Source of the DNA: a virus
Lineage: Duplodnaviria > Caudoviricetes
DNA: 39,823 nt
Virus record (IMG/VR): IMGVR_UViG_3300024246_000011
Coordinates: 1-39,823 of that record
Direction: 5' to 3' (one strand)
The position numbers and the translations under genes are program-made. The notes beneath the pieces were generated by a model. It was not told where the DNA came from. It saw only the letters and a list, made by a program, of their open reading frames with translations, and searched no databases. Below are positions 24,254 to 33,484 of this stretch, piece after piece; position 1 is the stretch's first letter, and each line of letters begins with the position of its first letter.

Positions 24254-24937
24254 CTACTCTCCGTCTCCGTCTCCGTCTCCGTCTTCCCCTCCGGTCTCCG
24301 CAACCATTTCTTCCCCGCAGCAGCAGGTCGGGACTCCGATCCCTAACCACCTGCGAGTGGTCCTTACGGTGTATTCGCACGCGGGGCAGACAACCTTGAT
24401 CATTCTGGTCGTCTGCTTCTTTGGCTTGTCCGCCGCCTCGCCACGGCGTAGCATCGCGTGAGGATAGGGCCCTATCCCGTCACAAAGGGCCGCTAGGGCA
24501 GTCGCGAGCGCCTCGCCCGGGATAGTGGCCGTCATCTTTCCTTCGAGCCCCAGCTTGGTCGCCAGGCCCTTGAAAACCGGCCCGTGTCCGGCTTCCTGCG
24601 GGAGCGAAGCGTGTATCAGTTCGTGGAGCAAGACGGCAGCGGCTTCGAGCCCAGTCCCTACAGCGGGTGAGACGAATACCTCGTAATGGCCGTCTTCGCT
24701 GGCCGCAGGATACCAGCACTCACCAATCGCTTTCAGGGTATTACCCCGTGAGCCGGCAGGCCAGCCGCATGAGAACCTGATGTTCTGCGGGATGACGGCG
24801 CCAGCGGCCTGGAAGATCGGCCGGAGGAGAGCGGCGAGGCGAGCGAGCCACTCTTCTCGCGTGCTGGGTGTGGTAGCAGTACCGATGAGGGAGGAAAGCT
24901 TGCGTGACTTGGATGAAGCGGTGATTCGGAAGCCCAT
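24254..24937 (-). CDS. SprT-like zinc metalloprotease with C-terminal Zn ribbon
   Basis: VLLHELIHA (HExxH), GHGPVFK, CPAC...CCCG; AAGGAG RBS. Confidence 0.82.
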   Translation of the reverse strand: MGFRITASSKSRKLSSLIGTATTPSTREEWLARLAALLRPIFQAAGAVIPQNIRFSCGWPAGSRGNTLKAIGECWYPAASEDGHYEVFVSPAVGTGLEAAAVLLHELIHASLPQEAGHGPVFKGLATKLGLEGKMTATIPGEALATALAALCDGIGPYPHAMLRRGEAADKPKKQTTRMIKVVCPACEYTVRTTRRWLGIGVPTCCCGEEMVAETGGEDGDGDGDGE

Positions 24938-24960
24938 TGTGTTCTGTCTCCTTGGCTCGG

Positions 24961-25137
24961 TCAGATCGTGTAAACGGGTTCGAAGAGCAGAGCGATAGAC
25001 TTGGTGCCGGCTGCTTCGATTGTCTTCTCTACCTGATCAGAGCATTCGATGCAGCACCGGCCGATGCTACCGGCCCTTACGTCGAAGATGACGTATTCGG
25101 CGTGGCTCGTTCCACACCAGTCACAGCGAGCGTTCAT
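24961..25137 (-). CDS. 58-aa Cys-rich protein, first gene of the leftward early unit
   Basis: AGGAG RBS; MNARCDWCG...CCIEC...EPVYTI; below ORF-track cut-off. Confidence 0.65.
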   Translation of the reverse strand: MNARCDWCGTSHAEYVIFDVRAGSIGRCCIECSDQVEKTIEAAGTKSIALLFEPVYTI

Positions 25138-25182
25138 TCTGTCACTCTCCTGGTTCGGGCGTTCGGTTTACTCGTCTATTAC

Positions 25183-25211
25183 ATAATACGCTATCGGCAC
25201 TATGGCGTAAA
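25183..25211 (-). promoter_or_regulatory. Sigma70-type early promoter (copy 2 of duplicated cassette)
   Basis: TTTACG-17 bp-TATTAT; 27 bp around and upstream of -35 identical to copy 1. Confidence 0.8.
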
Positions 25212-25726
25212 GATGTTTAAACAAATATTTCTCATGGTATGATGGCACGAGAGTTGCAGGGTCCACTATACGTTAATCCGACTCTATCACGCGTCTCTCG
25301 ACTCGATAAGAAAGAGATGAACGCCCATTCATATCTTCCTCCGATACATGTAAATGAACAGCGATTCATATGTTCAATCGTTGAAGTGTTCAACCGTTCA
25401 TGCATTCGAATGATCATATGAACGAATGATGAAATGATGTCGTGTGAGCCCGAAGCATTCGACATTTCGATACATGTGGAAGTGCCGACGGGTGGGGTCC
25501 CCGGGTCACCCCCCTGGCGGGGGCGCGGGGATTGCTATGTGCTTAGCAGCATCAGCATGGAGGTGTATTTTGGCGGGATCATGCGTTCCGACATTTCTAC
25601 GGCTCGAATCCCCCGCATGATCTCAATAATCCGACCTTTTCAAACCCCGATTTTCCTATTCCCAGCGCCCCCACTTTCGAATAACCCATGATTTAGCCCT
25701 CTCAACCCGTGTAAACGCCATCCCAC

Positions 25727-25756
25727 TTGACGGACTCGGCCGGTAGTGTTTACACT
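25727..25756 (+). promoter_or_regulatory. Rightward promoter for packaging/structural operon
   Basis: TTGACG-18 bp-TACACT, 20 bp before terminase small subunit ATG; flanked and overlapped by GTGTAAAC/GTTTACAC. Confidence 0.65.
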
Positions 25757-25776
25757 GGGGGAAGAGGCCCAATCCT

Positions 25777-26433
25777 ATGCCCCGACGAAGACGCCGCCAG
25801 GGAGACCCGTACAAGCCGGTCGGCCGACCCCGTAAGGATGGCCAAATCCCGCTCCAGACCAATCCTCGCGAGGTTCCGGAAGAGGGAATCTCCCTCACCG
25901 TGAAGCAGATCCGCCATATGGCCGGGCGGGGCGTCCCCCTGGAGTACATCGCCGTCCTGGCGAAAGTGCCGATCGAGGAGATTCAACCCGGCGGCCGGTA
26001 CGCGGAGCAGGTCAAGATCGGGAGGGGGATGGCCATCCTTCGGATGGGGGAGGCCATATACAACCGGGGCATCGAGGGGAAGACCATCGACGGCCTGGAA
26101 TGGATGCGGCACAACGCCAAGTGGAAGGGCGCTCATGGGAAGGGCGGCGCCGACGACGAGAAGGAAGTGGGCGGGATCGAGCTAGAAGTGGTCCCGACGA
26201 AGGCGCCGAAGGTCCCGTCTGATCCATCCACCAAGACCAAGCCCCCCAAGGGCAAGAGGAAGACCGCCAATGGGGATCCAGACCCGGAAGAAACTGAAGT
26301 TGAAGATTCTGGACTGGGCGATCCCTCTCCTGCGCCCAGCCCGATACAAGGGCATCCTCGGTGGCCGGGGAGGCGGCAAGAGCCATCAGGTGGTGGAACT
26401 CCAGCTGGTGGCGCAGGTTCGGAATCAGAATAG
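25777..26433 (+). CDS. Putative terminase small subunit
   Basis: Position before terL; VGRPRK, HTH-like IRHMAGRGVPLEYIAVL, W..HNAKW motif. Confidence 0.65.
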   Translation: MPRRRRRQGDPYKPVGRPRKDGQIPLQTNPREVPEEGISLTVKQIRHMAGRGVPLEYIAVLAKVPIEEIQPGGRYAEQVKIGRGMAILRMGEAIYNRGIEGKTIDGLEWMRHNAKWKGAHGKGGADDEKEVGGIELEVVPTKAPKVPSDPSTKTKPPKGKRKTANGDPDPEETEVEDSGLGDPSPAPSPIQGHPRWPGRRQEPSGGGTPAGGAGSESE

Positions 26434-27523
26434 GAATCTAGTCTGTATCCGTGAAGTCCAGCGGTCCCTGAAGGATTCGGTCAAGAAACTTTTCGAGGAC
26501 AAGATCAAGAAGATGGGTCTGGAACCATACTTCGACATCAAAGGCACCGAAATCCGCTCCCGGAAGGGATCGGGAGTGATTCTATTCCAGGGCATGTCCG
26601 ACTCGACGGCAGAATCCATCAAGTCTCTGGAGGGGATGGATTGCGCGTGGGTGGAAGAGGCACAGGTGCTCTCCAAGCGGTCGATGGAACTCCTCCGTCC
26701 CACCATCCGCCGGCCGGACAGTGAGATCTGGTTCACGTGGAACCCTCAGTCCGAAGAGGATCCGGTGGACAAGCTCCTCTGCGGCCCGAAGCGGTCCCCC
26801 AATTCCATCGTCATCAAAGTCAACATCGGTCAGAATCCCCACGCCTCCGCCGCTCTCCGTGCTGAAGCCGAATGGGACCGGATCAATGACCCGATCAAGT
26901 TCGCTCATGTGTGGGGTGGTGACTACGAGAAGCACGCGGAAGCACGAATATTTCGCCACTGGCGGGTGGAGGAGTTCGAAACCCCGAAGGACGCGATTTT
27001 CCGGTTCGGGGCGGACTGGGGCTTCAGCCCCGATCCTACGGTCCTGGTCCGGTGCTTCATCGAGGGCCGGCGGCTTTTCGTGGACTATGAGGCGTGGGCG
27101 ACCGAATGCGAGATCGAGGACACACCGGATCTCTTCCTGACCATTCCCCAGGCAGAAGTCTACAACATCGTGGCAGGGCCCGACCGGAAAGACCGGATCA
27201 TGAGTCTGCGGCGCCACGGACTGAAGGTCTTTCCGGCTGTCCGCGGCGCGGGAAGCGTGATGGAGGGAATCGAATTCCTCCGGGGATACGATATCGTCAT
27301 CCATCCACGCTGCCCGAAGGTCGCCGAAGAGTTCAAGGCGTACAAGCACCCCATCGATCCTTTGACGGGGAAGGTGCTCCCGACCCTACCGGCGGGCCGG
27401 AACCACACCATCGAAGCCCTCCGGTATGCGGTGGAGAGCGTTCGGCGGTTCAAGCAAGGGAAGCCACTCAGTGAGGAAGACACCTATGTACCTCCGATCC
27501 GTCATTTCTGGGGGGCGGCCTGA
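26270..27523 (+). CDS. terL: Terminase large subunit (PBSX family)
   Basis: GGRGGGKS, CIREVQRSLKDSV, IKSLEG, WVEEA, LRPTIR, TWNP, GADWGF..DP, NHTIEALRYA. Confidence 0.95.
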   Translation: MGIQTRKKLKLKILDWAIPLLRPARYKGILGGRGGGKSHQVVELQLVAQVRNQNRNLVCIREVQRSLKDSVKKLFEDKIKKMGLEPYFDIKGTEIRSRKGSGVILFQGMSDSTAESIKSLEGMDCAWVEEAQVLSKRSMELLRPTIRRPDSEIWFTWNPQSEEDPVDKLLCGPKRSPNSIVIKVNIGQNPHASAALRAEAEWDRINDPIKFAHVWGGDYEKHAEARIFRHWRVEEFETPKDAIFRFGADWGFSPDPTVLVRCFIEGRRLFVDYEAWATECEIEDTPDLFLTIPQAEVYNIVAGPDRKDRIMSLRRHGLKVFPAVRGAGSVMEGIEFLRGYDIVIHPRCPKVAEEFKAYKHPIDPLTGKVLPTLPAGRNHTIEALRYAVESVRRFKQGKPLSEEDTYVPPIRHFWGAA

Positions 27524-27525
27524 TC

Positions 27526-29652
27526 ATGTCGAGACCTTCCAAGGAATCCAAGCTCCATGCAATCCATGAACTGGCTATGCAGGAGTACAAGGCCATCCAG
27601 TCCGCCCTTCGGGATGAACGGGTCCAGTGCCTCCAAGACCGGCGTTTCGCGTTCGTGGCCGGTGCCCAGTGGGAAGGACCACTCGGCATGCAATTCGCGA
27701 ACAAGCCGAAATTCGAGGTCAACAAGGTGGCGCTGGCCATCGACCAGATCGAGATTGACTACCGGAACAACGCTATCGCCGCGGAGTTCATCGCGAAGGA
27801 CGGATCCACCGATGACGGCCTGCCCGACGCCTGCGCGGCTCTCCACCGGGCGGACGAGCAGGATTCGGTGGCAGAGGAAGCTTACAACAATGCCTTCGAG
27901 GAAGCGGTGGCCGGCGGCTTCGGTGCATGGCGACTCCGGGCGGAACGCGAGTGCGAGGAAGGCGGAGAATACGAGTACGACGATGAGGACGAGGACGACG
28001 ATTCCTCCCCATCCGACTCGTCCTCAAGCCGCCAGCGCATCCGGATCGAGCCCATCTTCGATGCCGACTCCTCCGTCTTCTTCGATCTCGACGCCAAGCG
28101 GCAGGACAAGTCCGATGCGCGGGTCTGTTTCATCGTCTCCTCGCTGACCCGGGAGGAGTACGCGCGCCGGTATCCCGACGATGATGTGGCCACCTGGGAG
28201 AAGCTCATCCACCAGAGGGAGCACGACTGGCTGACGCCGGATGTCATCTACATCGCGGAGTATTTCGTGGTGGAGACCACTCACGAGACCGTTTACACGT
28301 ACCGGGATGCGGTGGACAACGAGCAGATTTTCGCGGAATCGGAGCTGGACGAAGAGACTCTCCGGACCCTCGAAAATACTGGCTTTCAGCGGGTCCGGAC
28401 TCGCCGTGCCACCCGCCGCCGGGTCCACAAGTACATCCTCAACGGGAACTCCATCATGGAGGACTGCGGATATATCGCAGGACGAGAGATCCCCGTGGTA
28501 CCGGTCTACGGGAAGCATCTCTTCGTCGACAATGTGGAACGGTGTCGCGGGCATACCCGGCTGGCGAAGGATAGCCAGCGGGTCAAGAATATGGGCCTCT
28601 CCCGGCTAGCGGAGATCAATGCTTACTCGACCATCGAAAAGCCCATCGTTGCCCCGGAGCAGATCAAGGGACATCAGATGTCGTGGGCGCAGGATAACAC
28701 GGAGCCACTTCCCTTCCTGATGCTGAACCCATTGACCGATGCCTCCGGGCAGATCGTCTCTGCCGGCCCGGTCGGGTACACCAAGTCCCCCAGTGTGCCC
28801 CAAGCCCTCGGCGCTCTCCTCCAGGTGGCCGACACCGACATGAAGGAGATCCTTGGCAACTCCGATCAGGCGGAGAAGATGGTCTCTCATGTCGCCGGCA
28901 AGACTGCGGAAGCCATCCAGCAGCGGGTGGACCTGAAGTCCTATATCTACATCTCGAACATGGGCAAAGCGATTCGGCGGTCTGCTCAAATCTGGCTGTC
29001 CATGGCGCGGACCCTATATACGCAGAGGGGCCGGGATATGAAGGGGATCGGGCCACGCAAGGAAGTGCGAAAGATTGAGCTTCAGAAACCCGTCATGGAT
29101 AAGAAGAATGGCCGGATCACTCTGGCCAACGATATGAGTCGGGCGGCCTTCGATGTGGTGGTCACCATCGGCCCCTCGTCGATCTCCAAGCGAGAAGCGG
29201 CGCTACAGAAGTGTTTCCAGATGATGGCGACCACGCAAGACCCGGAGACGCAGGCCGTTCTGAACAATTTCGCGCTGCTCCAAATGGAGGGCGAGGGGAT
29301 CGAGGATATCCGGGCCTGGAGCCGGTCGAAGCTGGTCAAGCAGGGCGTCTTGAAGCCGACTCCGGAGGAAGCGCAGGCTCTCGCGGAAGAGGCGAAGAAC
29401 GCCAAGCCCTCCCCGAACGATCAGTTCTTGCTGGCGGCGGCGGAGGAGGCCCGCGCGAAGGCGCAGAACGTGATGCACGAGGCGGCCAAGACGGTGGCCC
29501 AGACCGACAAGGTGAAGGCGGATACGATTGTGGCGCTCGCAGGCGTCGACCTCGACCGCAGGAAAGCGGCGGTCGACGCGGCGAAGAGTGTGCATGAGAT
29601 GTTGACTACTCCCATGCCGCCCGCGCCAGGAACGCAAGGAGAAGGCCAGTGA
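27526..29652 (+). CDS. Portal protein (P22-like)
   Basis: 708 aa after terL; GAQW, FEVNKV, GGFGAWR, IPVVPVYG, AKDSQR, FDVVVTIGPS. Confidence 0.92.
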   Translation: MSRPSKESKLHAIHELAMQEYKAIQSALRDERVQCLQDRRFAFVAGAQWEGPLGMQFANKPKFEVNKVALAIDQIEIDYRNNAIAAEFIAKDGSTDDGLPDACAALHRADEQDSVAEEAYNNAFEEAVAGGFGAWRLRAERECEEGGEYEYDDEDEDDDSSPSDSSSSRQRIRIEPIFDADSSVFFDLDAKRQDKSDARVCFIVSSLTREEYARRYPDDDVATWEKLIHQREHDWLTPDVIYIAEYFVVETTHETVYTYRDAVDNEQIFAESELDEETLRTLENTGFQRVRTRRATRRRVHKYILNGNSIMEDCGYIAGREIPVVPVYGKHLFVDNVERCRGHTRLAKDSQRVKNMGLSRLAEINAYSTIEKPIVAPEQIKGHQMSWAQDNTEPLPFLMLNPLTDASGQIVSAGPVGYTKSPSVPQALGALLQVADTDMKEILGNSDQAEKMVSHVAGKTAEAIQQRVDLKSYIYISNMGKAIRRSAQIWLSMARTLYTQRGRDMKGIGPRKEVRKIELQKPVMDKKNGRITLANDMSRAAFDVVVTIGPSSISKREAALQKCFQMMATTQDPETQAVLNNFALLQMEGEGIEDIRAWSRSKLVKQGVLKPTPEEAQALAEEAKNAKPSPNDQFLLAAAEEARAKAQNVMHEAAKTVAQTDKVKADTIVALAGVDLDRRKAAVDAAKSVHEMLTTPMPPAPGTQGEGQ

Positions 29653-30611
29653 CCAAGACGGACCCGGCCCGCAAGCCGGAGGATACGGATACGACCACCG
29701 ACCCGCAGGTGGGGGAAGACGGCGCGGAGACCCCAGAAGAAGCCCCCGAAGCGCAGGCGGAAGGGGATCAGGGGACCGAAGAGGAAACCCAGGAAGCGGA
29801 GACCGAAACGGAGACCCCCGACGCCCCGACCGCACCAGCTGACGGCAAGGGCGTTGCGACCAAGGAGGAAGAGGACCAAGGCGAGTTTGAACTCGTTGTG
29901 GAGGGCTCGGCGCCATCGCCCGCCCCGAAGGATGCTGCCGCTTGGGCAAGACTCCGGAAGGAAGCTGCTGCCGCGAAAGCGGAAGCTTCAGAACTCAAGA
30001 GGAAGCTCGACTCCCAGGGGCAAGTGGCAACCGCGCCCAACCCCGGGGAGAAGCCGACTCTCGAATCATGCGACTACAACCCGGAGGTGTTCGAGGCCAA
30101 GCTGGATGCGTGGAAGACAGCGGTTGCCCAGAAGGCGCAAGCCGATCAGGCCGCCACCATCGCCGCGCAGAAGGCACAGGAGACGTGGGCGCAACGCCGC
30201 TCGGTGTACAGCCGATCCAAGGAGGAGCTTGCCCGGCAACTCCCGGCCTATGAGGAGCTGGAGACCGTGGTGCGCGGGGCGCTGAATCCTTCACAGCAAG
30301 ACGTTATCATCCATGTCGCAGAGAACCCTGCGAGGGTGGTGGCGGCGCTGGGCCAGAATCCGAAGCTGGCCCAGGAGTTCGGAGAAACCATGGACCCGAT
30401 TCTCCTTGCGTCGAAGATCGCAAGGCTGGAGGCCCGCATCAACGTGAAGAAGAAAACCCCCATCCCGCCCCCCGAAAAGAAGGTCGGTGGTTCCGGCCCC
30501 ACTTCCGGGACGGTGGATTCAACGCTGGATCGTCTGCGAGCGGAAGCCGCGAAGACCGGGGATCTGTCGAAGGTCAACGAGTACAAGCGGAAGAAGCGGC
30601 AGGCGGCCTGA
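29649..30611 (+). CDS. Scaffold protein
   Basis: Acidic N-terminus, KPTLESCDY, C-terminal LRAEAAKTGDLSKVNEYKR; between portal and coat. Confidence 0.82.
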   Translation: MTKTDPARKPEDTDTTTDPQVGEDGAETPEEAPEAQAEGDQGTEEETQEAETETETPDAPTAPADGKGVATKEEEDQGEFELVVEGSAPSPAPKDAAAWARLRKEAAAAKAEASELKRKLDSQGQVATAPNPGEKPTLESCDYNPEVFEAKLDAWKTAVAQKAQADQAATIAAQKAQETWAQRRSVYSRSKEELARQLPAYEELETVVRGALNPSQQDVIIHVAENPARVVAALGQNPKLAQEFGETMDPILLASKIARLEARINVKKKTPIPPPEKKVGGSGPTSGTVDSTLDRLRAEAAKTGDLSKVNEYKRKKRQAA

Positions 30612-30624
30612 AGAAAGGTAGAGC

Positions 30625-31893
30625 ATGGCCACCAACAATTTCTCGAAAGAGGAAATCGTCGCGTTCGAGCAGATCGTGGAGGGCTTCGAAGACGCCCTCA
30701 TCCTGTCCCGGGCGGTGAAGATTTACAAGACCAGCCAGGTGCAGATGGAGCGGGCCGGGGACACCCTCTGGCGCCCCCAGCCGTACATCATGACCTCGTA
30801 CTCCGGATCCGACATGACTCCGAACTTCGGCGTCCAGACGCAACTGTCGGTGCCGGCGCGGATCGACACGCAGCGTGCAGTCCCGTGGCTCATGACCGCA
30901 ACGGAGATGCGGGATGCGCTCCAGGAAGGTCGGCTCGGTGAATCCGCCCGGCAGAAGCTCGCGAGCGACATCAACGTGGCCGTGCTCACCAAGGCCACTC
31001 AGCAGGGCACCCTCGTTGTCACCAAGGCCACCGCGGCCTCCGGGTTCGCGGACGTGGCAGCGATCGAGGCGATGATGAACCGGAACGGGATCGACGGTGC
31101 CGGCCGGAAGCTCGCCCTGTCCACCACGGATTACAACGGGCTGGCGACCGACCTGGCGAACCGCCAGAACCTCGTCGGGAACATGACGGTGGAAGCCTAC
31201 AAGCGGGCCTACGTCGGCATGATCGCGTCGTTCGAGACCTACAAGATGGATTACTCGCTGCGCACCGCGGCGGCGGCCGGTTCCGGGATCACGATGGACA
31301 CCCGGGCCAGCGCATCCAACTACTGGACGCCCAAGGCCACCAGTGTGGCGACCACCGGCGAGCGGTCCAACGTGGACAACCGGTATCAGCAGGTGACGGT
31401 CTCCAGCACCACGGGCGTGGTGGCCGGCGATGCGTTCACCATCGCGGGCGTCAACGAGGCGCACCACATCACGAAGGCGAGCACCGGCAGCCTCAAAACG
31501 TTCCGGGTCATCTCGGTCGACTCCTCGACCCTCATGACGATCTCCCCGCCGATCATTTCGGCGCAGGGGAACACGAACCCGGAACTCCAGTACCAGAACA
31601 CCGTGGTCACGACCTCTTCGACTGCGGCGCTGGTGTTCCTGAACACCACGGCGGCCTTCTACAACCCGTTCTGGGTGGAGAGCGCCATCGAGCTGATGCC
31701 CGGCCGCCTGGCCATCCCGGAAGGGGCCGGCGCGCAGGTGCTCCGCTCGACCACGGAGAACGGCATCGAGATCGTCATGCAGAAGCAGTATGACATCAAC
31801 GTCCAGAAGACCAAGTTCCGCCTGGACGTGTTCTTCGGCGTCACGATCCTCCAGCCGGAGATGTGCGGGATTGCGTTGTTCTCTCAGACCTGA
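30625..31893 (+). CDS. Major capsid protein (P22 coat gp5-like)
   Basis: NNFSKEEIVAFE, WRPQPYI, RDALQEGRLG, KLASDIN, FRLDVFFGV..LQPEMCG. Confidence 0.93.
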   Translation: MATNNFSKEEIVAFEQIVEGFEDALILSRAVKIYKTSQVQMERAGDTLWRPQPYIMTSYSGSDMTPNFGVQTQLSVPARIDTQRAVPWLMTATEMRDALQEGRLGESARQKLASDINVAVLTKATQQGTLVVTKATAASGFADVAAIEAMMNRNGIDGAGRKLALSTTDYNGLATDLANRQNLVGNMTVEAYKRAYVGMIASFETYKMDYSLRTAAAAGSGITMDTRASASNYWTPKATSVATTGERSNVDNRYQQVTVSSTTGVVAGDAFTIAGVNEAHHITKASTGSLKTFRVISVDSSTLMTISPPIISAQGNTNPELQYQNTVVTTSSTAALVFLNTTAAFYNPFWVESAIELMPGRLAIPEGAGAQVLRSTTENGIEIVMQKQYDINVQKTKFRLDVFFGVTILQPEMCGIALFSQT

Positions 31894-31975
31894 TCCTGAT
31901 CTGACCGAATGGGGGCGGGGCAGGGGCCCCGTCCCTCCAGTATCCGAACGTGTAAACAGATTCTCAGGAGGAACA

Positions 31976-32719
31976 ATGCATCCCATTCTCAAGTTCATGA
32001 CTCTGATTCTGGTCATTTTGCTGACCGTCGCGCCGCTCCAGGCGGCCACCTCGGAGGTCTACCCCCAGGGGAACGTCGAGTTCACTGTGCCGGCCTCCCA
32101 GTATCTGAACGTCTTCACGGCGGGCGGGGGTGGCGGTTGCCGGGTGCTGAAGCAGGTCGGCGGGCCCTCGACTTCCAACGTGCCCCGGTTCACGCTGGAG
32201 ACCAACGGCGCCGTGCAGGGGAATGAAGTCGTCTTCGGGCCCTACACCGTGGCGACCACCATTCGTATCGAGGCACAGGCGGATCCCGTCTTCTACTCGG
32301 TGGGGGCGCTGGCGGCGTCCCTCCCGGTGCTCCAGCCGGAACCGCTGCGGGCCCGGACTCAGTTGGCGCCGGCCACCTACAACACGACCGCCACGCTTCT
32401 GGCGTCCGATATCATGATCGGGCTCCTGACCGGGGCTCATGCCACCGGTGCCACGGCGGTCCTGACTCTCCCGACCGGTACTCTCATGGATGCGGCTACC
32501 GGCATCGGGATCAACCAGGGTTTCGAGTGGACCTACATCAACACCAGCGCAGCGGCGGCGGATACCGCCACGATCACGGCGGGCAGCGGCCATACCATCG
32601 TTGGAGTCGCGATCGTACAGTCCGCGCATTCGACCACCGGTGGGATCTACGGGAACGCCGCGCGGTTCCTGTCCGTCAAGACGGCGGCGAACACCTTCGT
32701 CACGTACCGGATCCAGTGA
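31976..32719 (+). CDS. Putative capsid decoration/accessory protein with signal-peptide-like N-terminus
   Basis: AGGAGG RBS, ATG 31976; follows coat gene; LTLPTGT...FEW..IN...KTAANTFVTYRI beta-rich motif. Confidence 0.7.
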   Translation: MHPILKFMTLILVILLTVAPLQAATSEVYPQGNVEFTVPASQYLNVFTAGGGGGCRVLKQVGGPSTSNVPRFTLETNGAVQGNEVVFGPYTVATTIRIEAQADPVFYSVGALAASLPVLQPEPLRARTQLAPATYNTTATLLASDIMIGLLTGAHATGATAVLTLPTGTLMDAATGIGINQGFEWTYINTSAAAADTATITAGSGHTIVGVAIVQSAHSTTGGIYGNAARFLSVKTAANTFVTYRIQ

Positions 32720-32746
32720 CCGGGACGGCCCATCGAGGTAATCATC

Positions 32747-33481
32747 ATGGCTGACGAAGATTCGACGATTCTCTACCGGTGCCCCGGACCCCACCAGGGT
32801 CCGAACGGGCACACCTATGACTGGACGGCTGCCGCATCGGAGGACGCCGCGGGCGCTCTCATGCGGAGCGGTTGGTACCCCTCTCTCGTGGAGGCCATCG
32901 ACGCGGCGGATCTCGCGGCGGCCGGCAGCCCGGGCGCCAAGGAGCCGACCAGCACCCCCGAAGAGCGGGCCGCAGCGGCGAAGAAGACCCTGGAGTCGGC
33001 GGCGGCTCGCGCGCTGACGGCGAACCAGGCCCTGGCGGACGCCCAGACCGCAGCGGACGCGGCGAACAGCGAGCTGGACGCGGCGAAGGCGGCGGCGGAT
33101 GGCGCCTTCGCGAGGAGGGCCGAAGCCGTTCGTCTTTCTGCGGAGGCGGAAGCCTCCCTCCATGCGGCAAGCACCAAGGCGCTGGCGGCCAACAAGGCGC
33201 TGGCGACCACACAGCTCTGGGCGGCGACCGCGAAGAAGACCTTGGACGATGCAGCCAGCAAGGTCTTGACGGCGGACACGGCGCTCCAAGAAGCCTCGGC
33301 GAAGGCCCTGGCGACCGCGGACGCGGCGGCCAAGGCGCTGGCGGCGGCCGGGGGGCCTCCCCCGTCCGATGCCCCGGCGCCGGCCGCGGATGTCGAGGTG
33401 GATCCGATCAGCGGGAAGCCCGTGGCCCCCGTCAAGGCGTCGGCTCCCAAGGCCCCGGTCCCCACCAAGGGAAAGAAGTAG
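32747..33481 (+). CDS. Ala-rich hypothetical protein of the head module
   Basis: GAGGT RBS; LYRCPGPH...GW..SL.EA N-terminal domain followed by long Ala-rich coiled coil. Confidence 0.7.
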   Translation: MADEDSTILYRCPGPHQGPNGHTYDWTAAASEDAAGALMRSGWYPSLVEAIDAADLAAAGSPGAKEPTSTPEERAAAAKKTLESAAARALTANQALADAQTAADAANSELDAAKAAADGAFARRAEAVRLSAEAEASLHAASTKALAANKALATTQLWAATAKKTLDDAASKVLTADTALQEASAKALATADAAAKALAAAGGPPPSDAPAPAADVEVDPISGKPVAPVKASAPKAPVPTKGKK

Positions 33482-33484
33482 CAC

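Noticed and set aside
25232-25691. Short ORFs in the AT-rich gap
   Set aside because: No RBS, atypical composition; better explained as non-coding terminus or regulatory DNA
27950-28030. Acidic/Ser-rich stretch in portal as possible intein or intron
   Set aside because: Short in-frame low-complexity loop without splicing motifs
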